In this document: piece after piece, positions 13,366 through 25,921 of the stretch
Layout: the number at the start of each line of letters is the position of its first letter
How positions within the stretch are numbered: the stretch's first letter is position 1
Source of the DNA: Laetmonice hystrix
Taxonomy: Eukaryota
Reading direction: 5' to 3'
Assembly (NCBI GenBank): GCA_965235115.1
Contig: OZ249436.1
Span: forward strand, 4,528,001 to 4,588,000
DNA length: 60,000 nucleotides
The notes under the pieces: model-generated
What the model was told of the DNA's origin: nothing
Seen by the model: only the letters and a program-made list of their open reading frames with translations
The model's database searches: none
Translations under genes and position numbers: made by a program

Positions 13366-13640
13366 TATGGTGGCCCAAAAGTATCATCTCGACTTACAAA
13401 ATCTCGCATGGGGCAAACACAAAATCAAAATCTCGCATGGGGCAAACACAAAATCTCGCATGGGGCAAACACAAAATCAAAATCTCGCATGGGAGAAACA
13501 CAAAATCAAAATCTCGCATTGCGAGATTTTGATTTTGTGTTTGCCCCATGCGAGATTTTGCGTTTGCCCCATGCGAGATTTTGTGTTATTTGCCCCGTGC
13601 GAGATTTTGTAAGTCGAGATGATACTTTTGGGCCACCATA
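13366..13640. mobile_element. IS3EU-like palindromic MITE nested in the pogo-like element
   Basis: TATGGTGGCCCAAAAGTATCATCTCGACTTACAAAATCTCGCA / its reverse complement; near-perfect 6-bp TSD CCATAT/CTATAT; internal AAAATCTCGCATGGGGCAAAC repeats. Confidence 0.85.
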
Positions 13641-13763
13641 CTATATAGAGGTGTTCCCTAATCAGAGGGACCCGTATACAACACCTCAAGGTTCACTAAT
13701 GAAAATTAAAAGACTTCAGCACATTTTCAAACGTCAAACATTTTATACAGTAACCTTAAATAT

Positions 13764-15086
13764 GGGTCATTCTCCTGAAAACGTATAAAGTGACGTCACT
13801 GCTATTTATTTCCGAATATTTCTGGAGAAAATGAACAAGACCACTAATTTCGAAAGTAATATGATTAATTAATGTCTTTCTTGTAAAAAACACTTTATTT
13901 ATAGTATATTATGTGGTAATCTAATTTTTTACAGCCACTGAGGAATCAAAAAATGAGCAAAATCGCTTGTCACTAATGTCGGTCTCCAATGTTGTTTCTT
14001 CCTTCAAGCACATTAATAATTAAATGTGCTTGAAGTTACTGATATTTATATAAAAGAATGATGCCTTTAATTAATTTATGCAAGAAAAATATTGATCATA
14101 CACGTTATTCTCTGAAAAATTACACTACAACGGCCGTCACCGCATTTTTTGTCAGTGGTGTTACCAGACACCCTGATCTCACATTTGAGATAATAACTGA
14201 TCCCTGAAGTTCCATTTTTCAACACGAGAGGGCAGTACGACTTCCTGGCCACAGACACACGTGAAACAGTTAGCGAAGTTTTACAGGTTTTTTTAAAAAA
14301 ATGGAATTATTTTGGTCAAGTCTCTTGAGTATTTTAATTAGGTGTCAGTAGTGTTACCTTAATATCACCCTTATTATACCAGATATTCGTAAGAAATTAA
14401 ATGTGCAGATTAAGTAAGTGTAGCCCTGTGTCAAAACACAATTAACCTTGATGACATGGTCAATGGTCAGGAGCAGTCATTATTTAAACATAAAATGTCA
14501 GTGGTGTTACGCGTCAGTGGTGTGACACCTACTGGTAACACCACTGACATTTAGAGAACAGTCAAGGTTTCTACAGCATGTTAAGTTCTTTTGGATGGTT
14601 CAATACTAGATGTTAAGCTGGAAACAAACCGCATGACGCACGACGCATGCTGTCTGTGATGTTTAAGTCAATTTAAGTCAGTGGTGTTACTTGCCGTCAG
14701 TGGTGTTTATGTAATTTGTCAGTGGTGTGACCAGTGATGAAATCACTGCCATAAGATCACTTTTTTCAACTACAGGAAATATAGCTATATTTCCTGTCCA
14801 GGTGACCTAAGTGGAAAATATTTAACAACGCACTATTAGAATTCAACATCTTTGCAGTCAGTATGGACCAAGATTTGTGGGGGTCACACCACTGACAAAT
14901 AGGTCATGGGTTAGGAACATTTCCTCCAAAAATTTCAGGGTTGTATGAAGGTGGGAGCTCAAATATATGTCATTTTAAAATGTTCATATAATGTATGTTT
15001 CAGATAATAAAAACGAATTTGATTGGAATAGATTTTTTTTGTTGGTTTTTCGTTTCGGGTTTTATACGTTTTCAGGAGAATGACCC
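13764..15086. mobile_element. Sola2-like non-autonomous DNA transposon nested in the pogo-like element
   Basis: 25-bp perfect TIR GGGTCATTCTCCTGAAAACGTATAA; flanked by ATAT on both sides (4-bp TSD, GRG..CYC ends); internal GTCAGTGGTGTTAC subrepeats. Confidence 0.75.
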
Positions 15087-16262
15087 ATATACTGAACACT
15101 TTTTCAACAGAATTTATATACAACTTTTTCCATAACATGTTATCATATGATAGCCAAGCATGCCGCAGGTAGCACACACTGCTGGCTCCAAAATCATGGC
15201 TTGAGGTGTTCCCTAAACAGAGGGTCAAAACAATGGGAGAAGTATACGTCGGGACCTGACAGTTTGTTCACTGTTCACAGTATAGAGGTGTTCACTAAAG
15301 AGAATTTGCCAAATATGATACAATGTTAAAACATAGGGAAAAACTTGGGACTGTGGAAAAGTGTTCACTATTCAGCAGTGTTCAGAGGTGTTCACTAACG
15401 GAGGTTTTACTGTTCATATATTTTGCAGTATTTATTCCTACTTTGATCTACTCTGGCGAATTATCAAGCTGAGTTTTCGACGGGTAGGCTCAATGTAACA
15501 AGACACACGGTACTGTAGCATGCGTAGATACTATGTGAACAAGTTGAACGGGAACTGATTTAATTAACGTAGTCTCTCGGGTCCCTAAAATAAAAAGGAT
15601 ATTCCAATTTCCAATTTTCAGTTTGCAAACAAAGTAGGAGTGATACATGTCAGTTATTTACACCTGTAGCACGAAGACTATCGGAATACATGTATACATT
15701 TCAGTCGTAATTAAAGCGCAGGCCAGCTGTAGTCATGGCAACTAGTGACTCATCAAATGATGACAAAAAGTGTAAACAAAGCTGTAAAGCTGTTAATAAA
15801 ATCATTGGTCATCAATGCATCATTTTTCTTGTCTTTAAGAGTTCTTCATACCCGAAGCAATCAGATTCAAAGAATCGTTTTTTTTCTGGTTGCGTCAGGA
15901 AAAAATGAAAAAAAGATGTATTCATGTATTGGGTTCGATATTCGTCAATTTTTTCTTTAATTGCCCCATGATGAAGACGCATGAAATACCCCATTGTTAC
16001 AGCATTTAAAGTGCTCATTTTGGAATCATTATGCATATCAATCCATAAATGGTGTCATAACTGAAAAGTTTGAATGGCGACACACAAAACAAGAAGTAAT
16101 CCGCCGTAATCTGTAAATGGAATTCGACATAAATCTTCCCGTAATATTGAATTATACAACAATATCTGAAACTCTCCTTTGAGGGCCAATTAGGGAGTTA
16201 ACCCGAGTAGGGCTCTGGGGCCTTGCCGTAAGGGTCAATCATATAAATCAGAACCATTTTTC

Positions 16263-16684
16263 CATTTAAATGTAGATATGTTCATAACTAGGATTGGTTT
16301 AACACCTGAAGTTTACATTTAAATGTAGATTTGTTCATAACTAGGATTGGTTTAACACCTGAAGTTTACATTTAAATGTAGATTTGTTCATAACTAGGAT
16401 TGGTTTAACACCTGAAGTTTACATTTAAATGTAGATTTGTTCATAACTAGGATTGGTTTAACACCTGAAATTTACATTTAAATGTAGATTTGTTCATAAC
16501 TAGGATTGGTTTAACACCTGAAGTTTACATTTAAATGTAGATTTGTTCATAACTAGGATTGGTTTAACACCTGAAGTTTACATTTAAATGTAGATTTGTT
16601 CATAACTAGGATTGGTTTAACACCTGAAGTTTACATTTAAATGTAGATTTGTTCATAACTAGGATTGGTTTAACACCTGAAGTT
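16263..16684. repeat. Minisatellite, 53-bp unit (CATTTAAATGTAGATTTGTTCATAACTAGGATTGGTTTAACACCTGAAGTTTA), 8 copies
   Basis: Direct tandem repeats. Confidence 0.97.
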
Positions 16685-16925
16685 CGATGTAATAGTCTCA
16701 TTGGGTAGCAAACTGGATCTTCCGTGTTTTGAGGCTTGGAGCTAGAAATTAATTCTTATTGCACGTGCCCGGGAGTGATTTTTCGTTCGGGCTGAGGCAC
16801 AAGCATGTACTTATCAAAAGTAAGAGGTCTAAAATGTCATCGTACATCCTCCTGCATTTACCAAACCAAAGAAATTTGAGATTGCATCATTCAAAGTGGC
16901 CGTCAACGGTTTAGCAGCAGAGCTA

Positions 16926-17177
16926 TACTGCCGTGAAATAACAAAAGGAAGCAAGTCCAAAGTTCAAGTTTCGAGAAATGGACATAAACAAGTTGTCTCG
17001 ACAGTACAGTTGGATGGGCATGCTTCCTTCTGTCATGTGACTGATAGCTTTATAGAAGGATGTTTAGCAGAAATACACCCATTGATAGATAGAACTTACT
17101 TCCCTGAATCCAAATTTACACTTAAGTCGATTTTGATGAAAGTTGGACTTGCTTCCTTTTGTTATTTCACGGCAGTA
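16926..17177. mobile_element. Tc1/mariner-like MITE
   Basis: 35-bp perfect TIR TACTGCCGTGAAATAACAAAAGGAAGCAAGTCCAA; TA on both sides. Confidence 0.85.
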
Positions 17178-17621
17178 TACTGCAGTACTGCAACCACCAT
17201 CTAACGGTATTGGAGCTCCAATACAATGGGTTCAGTCGTTGGCAAAAACGAGGGGTAGGGTACACAATATTGTGGGAAGTCCCCCCCCCCCCCCTTCCTG
17301 CGTAATGACGTCCATAACGACACGAATCTTCAATCTAAGTTTCGTGCCGAGATGCTCAAGTTAAAAGATCGATCTCGCTGTGTAAAACGAAGTAAAATCA
17401 AACATAATTTTATCTGCATAATTATGAAATCATGAACCGAACGTGCTGCGAATGTGAAATAGCACTCCAACATCTATAATGAACTTTCGAATAGACGCCT
17501 TAGGTTTCGTCTTGGTATGGATCCATCGACAACCCTGCACCACTGTCTGCCTATGTAATATGTGGACAGCCTCAGCTACCGCAAACAATATAGAGCGAGT
17601 CTGGCCGACCTGGGCCCGTTT

Positions 17622-19432
17622 TTAGCCCCCAAACCCATCGGGTTTTGGGGGCTTATGATTCACCCTCTGTCCGTCCGTCCGTCCGTCCGTCCGTCCGTCC
17701 GTCCGTCCGTACGTCCGTCCGTCCGTCCGTGAACAGCGATATCTCAGAAACGTGCGGAACAATCATTTTCATATTTGCACACAAGATCAGGTACCATCCT
17801 GGCATGATGCACGTCAAAGGATTTTCTGATACGATCCAAGATGGCCGCCTGGCAGCCATATTGGTGAAATACACATTTACAGCGATATCTCTGTTAAAAG
17901 AATACCATTTTCATTCAAACTTGGCACAACGATAGGGGTTCATGGGGCAAACATACACGTCATTTTGTTTTCAGTTCGGATCCAATATGGCCGATCGGCA
18001 GCCATGTTTGTGTTGTTGGCAATGTCATTAGACTTTAGTGGCGTATAACTTGACAATGGGGCGAGGTGTGGGTAAAGTTACTAAGGGGAGCGAATAGGAA
18101 GTCATATATGAGGAATCTTTTGACACCATTATATTTGACCTTGGGTTGACATTTCAAGGTCATTTGAGGTCAGGTGTTTATTAAGGATCACTATGTCAGA
18201 AATGGTGTTCTTCAAGTCCTTTAGTGCTACGATGCATTATGCAAAGAGAGTTTTATATTACAATTCACCATGATCAAGATTTTGAAGAGTGCGTCCAAGA
18301 TGGCCGCTCGACAGCCATATTGGCAAAATAGACATATACAGGCATATCTCTGTTAAAAGAATACCATTTTCATTCAAACTTGGCACAACGATAGGGGTTC
18401 ATGGGGCAAACATACACGTCATTTTGTTTTTAGTTTGGATCCAATATGGCCGATCGGCAGCCATGTTTGTGTTGTTGGCAATGTCATTAGACTTTAGTGG
18501 CGTATAACTTGACAATGGGGCGAGGTGTGGGTAAAGTTACTATGGGTAGCGATTAGGAAGTCATATATGAGGAATCTTTTGACACCATTATATTTGACCT
18601 TGGGTTGACATTTCAAGGTCATTTGAGGTCAGGTGTTATTTATAGATTAGGAAGTCATATAATTATGAAGTTTCATTTGGCGCCATTTTCCATGACCGTG
18701 AGCGACCTTGAAAGGTCAATCAAGGTCATGCATTTTTTCAATAGCCTGGATCTTCAAAACAGTTAAAGATGCAGGTCAATGATATTTTTGACATCAGTCA
18801 AAATGGCCGTGTGGTGGCCATCTTGGATATAAACACATTTGGAGCAATACCTCAGACAAAACGATCCTGATGTCTTTAAAATTTGGTGGAAAGAAGGTGC
18901 ATATGAGGGGCAATGTGTGTGTCAATACATTGCCAGATCAGAGCAAATATGGCGACATGGCGGCCATATTAATATCCCCCCCCCAATAACACTGTTTTGG
19001 CTCATATCTCGAAAACGGTGCAATATAAGGCAATAGTTACTATTATTGACACATAGGAAGTCATATATGAAGTTTGATTTGGCGCCATTTTCCATGACCT
19101 TGAGCGACCTTGAAAGGTCATGCATATTTTAATGGCCTGTACCTCCAAACCAGTTGAAGATAACAGCATCTAATCTTGCGTGAAACATTACATAATAACC
19201 AGGGACAGTCTATAGGGAGGATACAGGTCAAACATATCATTAAAAATGGCTGCTTCGTGGCCATCTTGGATATAAAGAAATTCGAAGCAATAACTCTGAC
19301 ATTTTCTGGATTTCGTTCTTGCTGACAGAAAGCATGAGGGGTAACAAGCGTGCCAAAAGTACACATAGTTCCTGGACCCACAGAAAATTTGTTCCTACTC
19401 AGTTGGGGGCTGTGACTCCGACGGGGTCTAGT
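17622..19432 (+). mobile_element. Helentron-associated non-autonomous element (HINE / DINE-1-like)
   Basis: 5' subterminal IR AGCCCCCAA with partner TTGGGGGCT, (CCGT)n microsatellite 17668-17730, internal 460-bp-period repeat, 3' TTGGGGGCT + GACTCC-GAC-GGGGTC hairpin + TAGTT; inserted in a T run. Confidence 0.85.
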
Positions 19433-19553
19433 TTTGTTTACTTTCCACCGTGAGCAAGGGTGAGCTGAGCTGAGCAAGGGTGAGCGTGTTTTTTTTTGGG
19501 GGGGGGGGGGTGCTCATTGTGAGCAAGCTCACGGGGAAAAAACTGAAAACGGA

Positions 19554-20113
19554 GCTCAGCTCACCCTTGCTTAGCTCAGCTCACCCTTGCTCCGCTCAGC
19601 TCACCCTTGCTCCGCTCAGCTCACCCTTGCTCAGCTCAGCTCACCCTTGCTCAGCTCAGCTCACCCTTGCTCCGCTCAGCTCACCCTTGCTCCGCTCAGC
19701 TCACCCTTGCTCCGCTCAGCTCACCCTTGCTCAGCTCAGCTCACCCTTGCTCCACTCAGCTCACCCTTGCTCAGCTCAGCTCACCTTTGCTCAGCTCAGC
19801 GCACCCTTGCTCAGCTCAGCTCACCCTTGCTCAGCTCAGCTCACCCTTGCTCAGCTCAGCTCACCCTTGCTCCGCTCAGCTCACCCTTGCTAAGCTCAGC
19901 TCACCTTTGCTCAGCTCAGCGCACCCTTGCTCAGCTCAGCTCATCCTTGCTCAGCTCAGCTCACCCTTGCTCAGCTCAGCTCACCCTTGCTCCGCTCAGC
20001 TCACCCTTGCTCAGCTCAGCTCACCCTTGCTCAGCTCAGCTCACCCTTGCTCAGCTCAGCTCACCCTTGCTCCGCTCAGCTCACCCTTGCTCAGCTCAGC
20101 TCACCCTTGCTCA
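19554..20113. repeat. Minisatellite, 20-bp unit (TCACCCTTGCTCAGCTCAGC), ~28 copies, inside a MITE
   Basis: Direct tandem repeats; explains ORFs between 19480 and 20182. Confidence 0.97.
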
Positions 20114-20146
20114 CGGTGGAAGAGTAAGCAAATAAACCAGGCCCAG

Positions 20147-20308
20147 GGCCTGTTTTCTAGTTCGTCATTTTACCAATCTTAAGACTGGAATTTCAAGACT
20201 GACTTGTGTTATGGTCTCTCATTGGCTGACTTCAATTGAAGGACCAATCAGAAGCTCAGAAACAAAAGTTCAGTCTTAAGACTTGGTTTGCAAACTAAAA
20301 ACCGGGCC
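20147..20308. mobile_element. Harbinger-like (CWG-target) MITE
   Basis: CAG|GGCCTGTTTTCTAGTT ... AACTAAAAACCGGGCC|CAG; shares the CAG with the preceding MITE. Confidence 0.7.
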
Positions 20309-20563
20309 CAGGGGTTGGCTGCAGGCCTCATTGTTAGACGTGGAGAACGACGTCTGGAGAGCCCTGCACCCAAGGCTCCAGATTACAACCGTTTCCTGCA
20401 TGCCTGAAGATAACGTGAACACTTGGAGCAATTACTTTATTTAAATGACTTATATTTGTCTTGGTCATCATCCATTGTAACTTCCAATTACAATTGCTCG
20501 TTTCGTATAAAGCCCCTGTGAGGAGGGGTGTCCAAATGTTCAGTCAAAATTAATGACTCTTAA

Positions 20564-21116
20564 AGGGAAATGTGAGTGTTCAAAGCGCCGCCTAGTGAGT
20601 CGCGTTAGTACCACTTGGGAAATGTGAGTGTTCAAAGCGCCGTCTAGTGAGTTTTAGCAGGAAAATGTTTGGCTTATTCATGCAGTCAACTAGTTTGATG
20701 TGGAAATCAGTAGTAATTTTTAAACCATGAACCAAACTGTGTGCCAGAACCTGTCTACCCCATTGAATACTATATTACCTGTGTTTTACCAAGGCACTGA
20801 CTGTTTGGCAGGCTGTAACTTTTTTTTTAATTCCGTGACCCCCAATGTTTTTGTTTTAAACTTTTAGTCCTGATCCACTTTATCTTGTCACCGAGTTTCA
20901 GGAGAAAATCAGTGGTCGTTTTTTAACTATTAGTCAAAAAATTGAAACCTATAGTAAAGACCCATTTTTTACGGAGGCCTGTATAAAAAAGTCTAATTCG
21001 GTGACATATGATATTTTTTCTTTCTTTGTTCTCTTTAGGACAAAGGCTATCCCCCATAAAAATATTTTGAAAATTCCAGTGGTCAATCAAATTCCGTCGA
21101 ACACTCACATTTCCCT
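20564..21116. mobile_element. Kolobok-like MITE
   Basis: TTAA|AGGGAAATGTGAGTGTTC ... GAACACTCACATTTCCCT|TTAA. Confidence 0.85.
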
Positions 21117-21809
21117 TTAAAATCAGAAACTTGTTTTCCGCCGTGTGTAGCTAACCTCAGCCAAGCATCACTTTAATAAATTCATCTTATCTCATTATTT
21201 TCAAGGAGCCTATTTGCCTAGAAGTAATTACACCAAGGCTAATTGTAAATCAACCACCATCTGTATATTTACCTCCGCCATCTGTGTCCATGCCCTTCGC
21301 CATCTGTGTCCATGCACCTTCCCTTCGCCGCCCCTTATATCGTCACGAGGATGTGCTGTTATTAGCTGCCAATTTCTACCAATTTCCAGATGTTATGAAA
21401 TAACCAACCATTCCCCATGTCTCCACGCGCTATTTCGTAGACGCGGAATGTATTTTGATGAGCCATCTTCTGTTTGTTTGTCATTAACATCAAGGAGACA
21501 GCATTTGAAATAATTACTGAGAGGATAGCTGGCAATATTCCCGAGTCTAGCGGCATGATGAGCTGCCTGCAGCTAGGATATTAAATACTGCTCAACAAAA
21601 ACGTTGCTGTAAATACGGCAACAGGCCAGTAATAGAAGAAATGAATGCTTACCTTACGTGGTGTCGGTATGGTATGGTATCGTGCCGTTCATTGGATACG
21701 AGTCATATGAGAACAACTTTCTGAAATTACGTCGGTGTCCGCATTTTGTAATGTAACGTGACGGCGAGTGGTGTTTTTATCTTATGAGCGGAGGGAGTAA
21801 GTTATTCCC

Positions 21810-22972
21810 TAGAAAACCTTGCCTGTGTACGGAGACAACTCAAACAAGGTGTAGAAAACCTTGTCTCTGTACGGAGACAACTCAAACAAGGTGTAGAAAA
21901 CCTTGCCTGTTTTTTGTACGGAGACAACTCAAACAAGGTGTAGAAAACCTTGTCTCTGTACGGAGACAACTCAAACAAGGTGTAGAAAACCTTGCCTGTG
22001 TACGCAGACAACTCAAACAAGGTGTAGAAAACCCTGCCTGTGTACGGAGACAACTCAAACAAGGTGTAGAAAACCTTGTCTCTGTACGGAGACAACTCAA
22101 ACAAGGCCTAGAAAACCTTGCCTGTGTACGGAGACAACTCAAACAAGGTGTAGAAAACCTTGCCTGTGTACGGATACAACTCAAACAAGGTGTAGAAAAC
22201 CTTGCCTGTGTACGGAGACAACTCAAACAAAGGCCTGTGTACGGAGACAACTCAAACAAGGTGTAGAAAACCTTGCCTGTGCACGGAGACAACTCAAACA
22301 AGGTGTAGAAAACCTTGCCTATGTACGGAGACAACTCAAACAAGGTGTAGAAAACCTTGCCTGTGTACGGAGATAACTCAAACAAGGTGTAGAAAACCTT
22401 TCCTGTGTACGGAGATAACTCAAACAAGGTGTAGAAAACCTTGGCTGTGTACGGAGACAACTCAAACAAGGTGTGGAAAACCTTGCCTGTGTACGGATAC
22501 AACTCAAACAAGGTGTAGAAAACCTTGCCTGTGTACGGAGACAACTCAAACAAAGGCCTGTGTACGGAGACAACTCAAACAAGGTGTAGAAAACCTTGCC
22601 TGTGCACGGAGACAACTCAAACAAGGTGTAGAAAACCTTGCCTATGTACGGAGACAACTCAAACAAGGTGTAGAAAACCTTGCCTGTGTACGGAGATAAC
22701 TCAAACAAGGTGTAGAAAACCTTTCCTGTGTACGGAGATAACTCAAACAAGGTGTAGAAAACCTTGGCTGTGTACGGAGACAACTCAAACAAGGTGTAGA
22801 AAACCTTGCCTGTGTACGGAGACAACTCAAACAAGGTGTAGAAAACCTTGCCTGTGTACGGAGACAACTCAAACAAGGTGTAGAAAACCTTGCCTGTGTA
22901 CGGAGACAACTCAAACAAGGTGTAGAAAACCTTGGCTGTGTACGGAGACAACTCAAACAAGGTATAGAAAAC
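21810..22972. repeat. Minisatellite, 42-bp unit (GTGTAGAAAACCTTGCCTGTGTACGGAGACAACTCAAACAAG), ~28 copies, with 323-bp higher-order duplication
   Basis: Direct tandem repeats; the same truncated unit and variant series recur at ~22230 and ~22553. Confidence 0.97.
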
Positions 22973-23844
22973 TATAGTTTTATTATAGGAGCTGATGTTT
23001 ATACCGAAAGGCTAAGGTGAATGCTATGAGATTCATCAGTATTATCGTTGCTGTATGTGGTTGCTTATTCATTAAGGAATGAATACAGTGAGGCAAATAC
23101 ACATGTTCACTGACTATTGTTGAAGTCCGACGTAAAAGTCCGACTAACAACGCCCTCATTATACATGGAATGTGTTCCCTACCATAGCTATACTTATAGA
23201 TATCACCGTGACACAAGGTCAATCCCAGCGACAGATCCTCGGAGTTAGGGGCTGAAGCCCACCTGCTGACTTGCTTAAATATTTATTTATTTTCTAGGCG
23301 ACATGACTCCAGATCCGCTAGTGTATTGCGCAGACAGGGCATCTGCGACGGCCAGGCCACCCGTCATAATCACCCCCTCCAGTGTTACCAAATCTGGCGT
23401 GTCTTTACAATGTAAAGGAAGCAAGATACGGGATAACAACGCTAAAAAGTGGGAATCCTCATAACAAAACACAGGAAAATAACAGAACATGCCCTGGAGA
23501 CATATTGGTCTCATCGGGAATGGGACAGAGATGGTACAACAGATCCCCCGATCACCGGAAATATCTCATTGCCGCAAGGTAATATTGTAATATGCAAGTC
23601 TAGAGAATGGCAAAAAGAAAGTTTCCAATATCATTATTACTATAGTCTGTTCACTCTATAAGAAGAGCTCGACCTCGGCCTCATTAAAGCTCTTCTTAGA
23701 GCGAACAGACTTTAAAACAATGAGACCGCTTTTAAAGACAATACCAAAAAAACCAGACAAAATAAGTAACTTGAAAAGCAAACAGACAAACAAATAATCA
23801 GACAAAACCAAAAAGGAAAAGCCAGACGTTAAGACTGTAGATGT

Positions 23845-24450
23845 CATGGCATCAATCAATACTTGACGTTTGAATTGAACTAGAAGTAATCCAAATGTGT
23901 GTTTATCGTTTGGCATCAATGATGGCATCAATGATGGCATCAATGATGGCATCAATGATGGCATCAATGATGGCATCAATGATGGCATCAATGATGGCAC
24001 CAGTCATGGCCCCAGTCATGGCATCAATCATGGCATCGATCATGGCATCGATCACGGCATCAATCAATACTTGACGTTTGAATTGAACTAGAAGTAATCC
24101 AAATGTGTGTTTATCGTTTGGCATCAATGATGGCATCAATGATGGCATCAATGATGGCATCAATGATGGCATCAATGATGGCACCAGTCATGGCATCAGT
24201 CATGGCATCAATCATGGCATCAATCATGGCATCAATCATGGCATCAATCATGGCATCAATCATGGCACCAATCATGGCACCAGTCATGGCATCAATCATG
24301 GCATCAATCATGGCATCAATCATGGCATCAATCATGTCACCAATCATGGCATCAATCATGGCATCAATCATGGCATCGATCACGGCATCAATCAATACTT
24401 GACGTTTGAATTGATTTAGAAGTAATCCAAATGTGTGTTTATCCTTTGGC
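23845..24450. repeat. Compound repeat: 12-bp TGGCATCAAT(G/C)A arrays alternating with a conserved ~60-bp block
   Basis: Block CAATCAATACTTGACGTTTGAATTG...AATGTGTGTTTATCGTTTGG at ~23853, ~24061 and ~24389, separated by 12-mer arrays of differing length. Confidence 0.93.
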
Positions 24451-25359
24451 AAATGAATTGTATTTAGACGAGTATAAAGTCGGCTCGATCGCAGCACGAG
24501 GAGAAACCATTTTGATGGCCATGGATAAAATGTTTAGTCCGACAAACCTCATTAATATACTGTGAAAAGGTATACAAAGGTCGTATGAACGCTACAAAGG
24601 TCACCTGAACGCCTCTGGATACAAGAAGACCCGGCCATGACCACACATGTAAACAGGATAAATGCTAATTCAATAGTTTTAATTCATTTCTCAAATGTTT
24701 GCCAACACCCCAGGCAATCCACCATGATTACATCAATCTGCATGCAAAGGGTTCTGATTTCAAATTGGTTTTAATTTAAAACTATTCTGGAAAAGTCCTA
24801 ATGAATAGTGGCCCGAGAACGGATAACATTTTAATGTTTGTGTTTGTTAAACCTCCCAGCAGTAAACAGATACGAGACTGTTAACTCGAAGGGTCTTACT
24901 TTGCAGGCTTGAACTTCGTTAGGTTTCCATTTACTGTCGATATGGTAATAAAGAGGACTTGAAACGTGCATGTTAAACACCCGCTCCCTAAAACTGGAGA
25001 GTGAACTAGAGCTCCAGGACTCTTCCAAAACCTGAGAATTACCGACAAAAGTTAGCACTCCCTCTTCACTTCCGACCTCGAATGAATCCATTTTGACCAC
25101 AATCATGTCCGACACGTCCGACCCGATGGTCGGAACTCGGTTCCCTACACCAGCTCCTCCGACCAGGCACAGCCGGTTTTAAATATCGGCTACGTTCGCG
25201 CCCCCTTGCGACAACTTGTGTGTATTGCCTCGCGCGCCACCTATTGCCGGAATTCCCACGTGACAAGCTGCTCTGGTCTTGTGTTTGTGGGGTTTTTTTT
25301 TGGGGGGGGGGGGGCACGTTCATCTAGGCGGACCCGATTATTGTCTGAATTTGATCTTA

Positions 25360-25548
25360 TGATATACCTTAATCCCCTACTTGCCTGTCCTATTCCGGAA
25401 GTGGCCGAAAATTGTCTAAGTCCGAAAGGTACTACATTGGTCTAGGGCAATGATCGATAACAGAACATCCCTATCAAAACGCTGTTTGAAATTTGAAATT
25501 GTATGCGCTAGGGAATAAGACAGGTAAGTGGGGGATTAAGGCATGTAT
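25360..25548. mobile_element. MITE (unclassified)
   Basis: Imperfect ~33-bp TIR ATACCTTAATCCCCTACTTGCCTGTCCTATTCC / GGAATAAGACAGGTAAGTGGGGGATTAAGGCAT. Confidence 0.55.
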
Positions 25549-25767
25549 AATTGCATCCAACGGTACAAGTTTGCAGCTTCAGATTTGGGGGGGGGGGGTA
25601 CTAATAGTGCAGTTTAAAGGTTTGTTCGAATACTTTCAAATTTTATGCTAGATCTAATGCCAACTACAATAGAATATTTCTGGCACACTTCACTCCCATT
25701 TGCAATCGATCTGCGCTTTTATTTGTATCCTCGGTCCCGCTTTTATTTGAGTTTGTGACGTGTTCCG

Positions 25768-25921
25768 GAGTGCGTTTCAATAACAAAAGATATCTTTGCC
25801 AAAGATGTCTTTTGGACTAGTGCAGTCTGGATAGGGAGAGAGCGAGTGTTTCAATAAAAACCTCGCACCTGGCTACAGCGGGGTTTTCAAAGATATCTTT
25901 GGGCTTCATTGAAATGCACCC
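25768..25921. mobile_element. Harbinger-like MITE
   Basis: GAGTGCGTTTCAATAA..AAAGATATCTTTG / CAAAGATATCTTT..TCATTGAAATGCACCC|CAG. Confidence 0.55.

Larger units (their letters stand above)
13309..15412. mobile_element. Tc1/mariner (pogo/Tigger-like) MITE hosting two nested insertions
   Basis: TA|CAGTAAAACCTCCGTATAGTGAACAC ... GTGTTCACTAACGGAGGTTTTACTG TIRs (right TA not conserved); internal AGAGGTGTTCACTA subrepeats. Confidence 0.8.
17613..20143. mobile_element. Harbinger-like (CWG-target) MITE, interrupted by a HINE and carrying an expanded 20-bp subterminal repeat
   Basis: CTG|GGCCCGTTTT[HINE]TTGTTTACTTTCCACCGTGAGCAAGGG ... CCCTTGCTCACGGTGGAAGAGTAAGCAAATAAACCAGGCC|CAG; same family as 53075-53300. 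Confidence 0.75.

Noticed and set aside
21784..22977. Cys-rich metallothionein/keratin-associated-like ORFs
   Set aside because: 42-bp repeat translation broken by frame-shifting truncated units
23845..24450. CRISPR-like alternation of a conserved block and spacers
   Set aside because: The intervening sequences are themselves 12-bp tandem arrays and there are only 3 blocks
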